A stretch of DNA of 63,179 nt, the filler included, from Reticulomyxa filosa (lineage: Eukaryota; Protista; Foraminifera), in the NCBI GenBank assembly GCA_000512085.1. It is 13 parts of 13 records of this genome, joined end to end, with 100 filler letters (N's around TTAATTAATTAA, not from the genome) between each part and the next. Parts side by side here need not be neighbours in the genome. Positions count along the whole stretch, not along the records: positions 61,665 to 63,179 come from ASPP01028872.1; 12 more parts are not named here. One strand, written 5' to 3'. Numbering within the stretch: the first letter of the stretch is position 1; every line of letters starts with the position of its first letter. Under the pieces are notes generated by a model that ran no database searches, was not told where the DNA came from, and saw only the letters and a program-made list of their open reading frames with translations. The position numbers and the translations under genes are program-made. Of the stretch, positions 63,025-63,179 are shown piece after piece.

Positions 63025-63179
63025 ATAATAATTTTTTGGGATTGCTACCTTAAAGATACATCAGCAAGCCTTCTTCAAATAAGAAGACTATGGCTAATTC
63101 AACCATAGCTGGAGATTTTGAATAGCATCGGGAGCGTTTAAAGAACCATACGCGTCAAGTTAAGGGTTTATGACAATCA

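Noticed and set aside
1-63179. CRISPR arrays, rRNA or tRNA genes
   Set aside because: No repeat-spacer periodicity or recognisable structural RNA seen by eye. tRNAscan-SE and Infernal were not run.

Overview
This window is not one locus. It is 13 separate contigs joined by an artificial 100-nt spacer (N44-TTAATTAATTAA-N44), so adjacency across the spacers means nothing. Contigs 1-12 (1-61564) are AT-rich eukaryotic DNA with many short spliceosomal introns. Style and gene content suggest a rhizarian, most likely the foraminifer Reticulomyxa filosa; this is an inference. Recognisable genes: a RasGEF, a CAP-Gly protein, a Mind-bomb-SH3-repeat protein, a LamG/HECT E3 ligase, a phosphoesterase (NPC-type phospholipase C), SPCS2, an RNF213-like fragment, CSN7, a Kelch+WD40 protein, a 7TM protein, a PTGR-type reductase and a PHD-finger protein. 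There are many decayed copies: GLDH, copine, dynein heavy chain, histone H2B, an ART-family gene, a Kelch gene and a Tc1 transposase. Contig 13 (61665-63179) is bacterial (VanX/DdpX dipeptidase plus DUF924) and is probably from a symbiont. Manual splicing gave three unusual multidomain proteins that the ORF track splits up: (1) a lipid-anchored globin-RGS fusion, (2) a CUE-CUE-PUB-Ubl ADP-ribosyltransferase with a decayed paralog elsewhere in the window, and (3) a DH-PH RhoGEF ending in a WASP-like WH2-C-A module. Many introns end in poly-A rather than a polypyrimidine tract. All domain calls are by-eye motif recognition; no searches were run.
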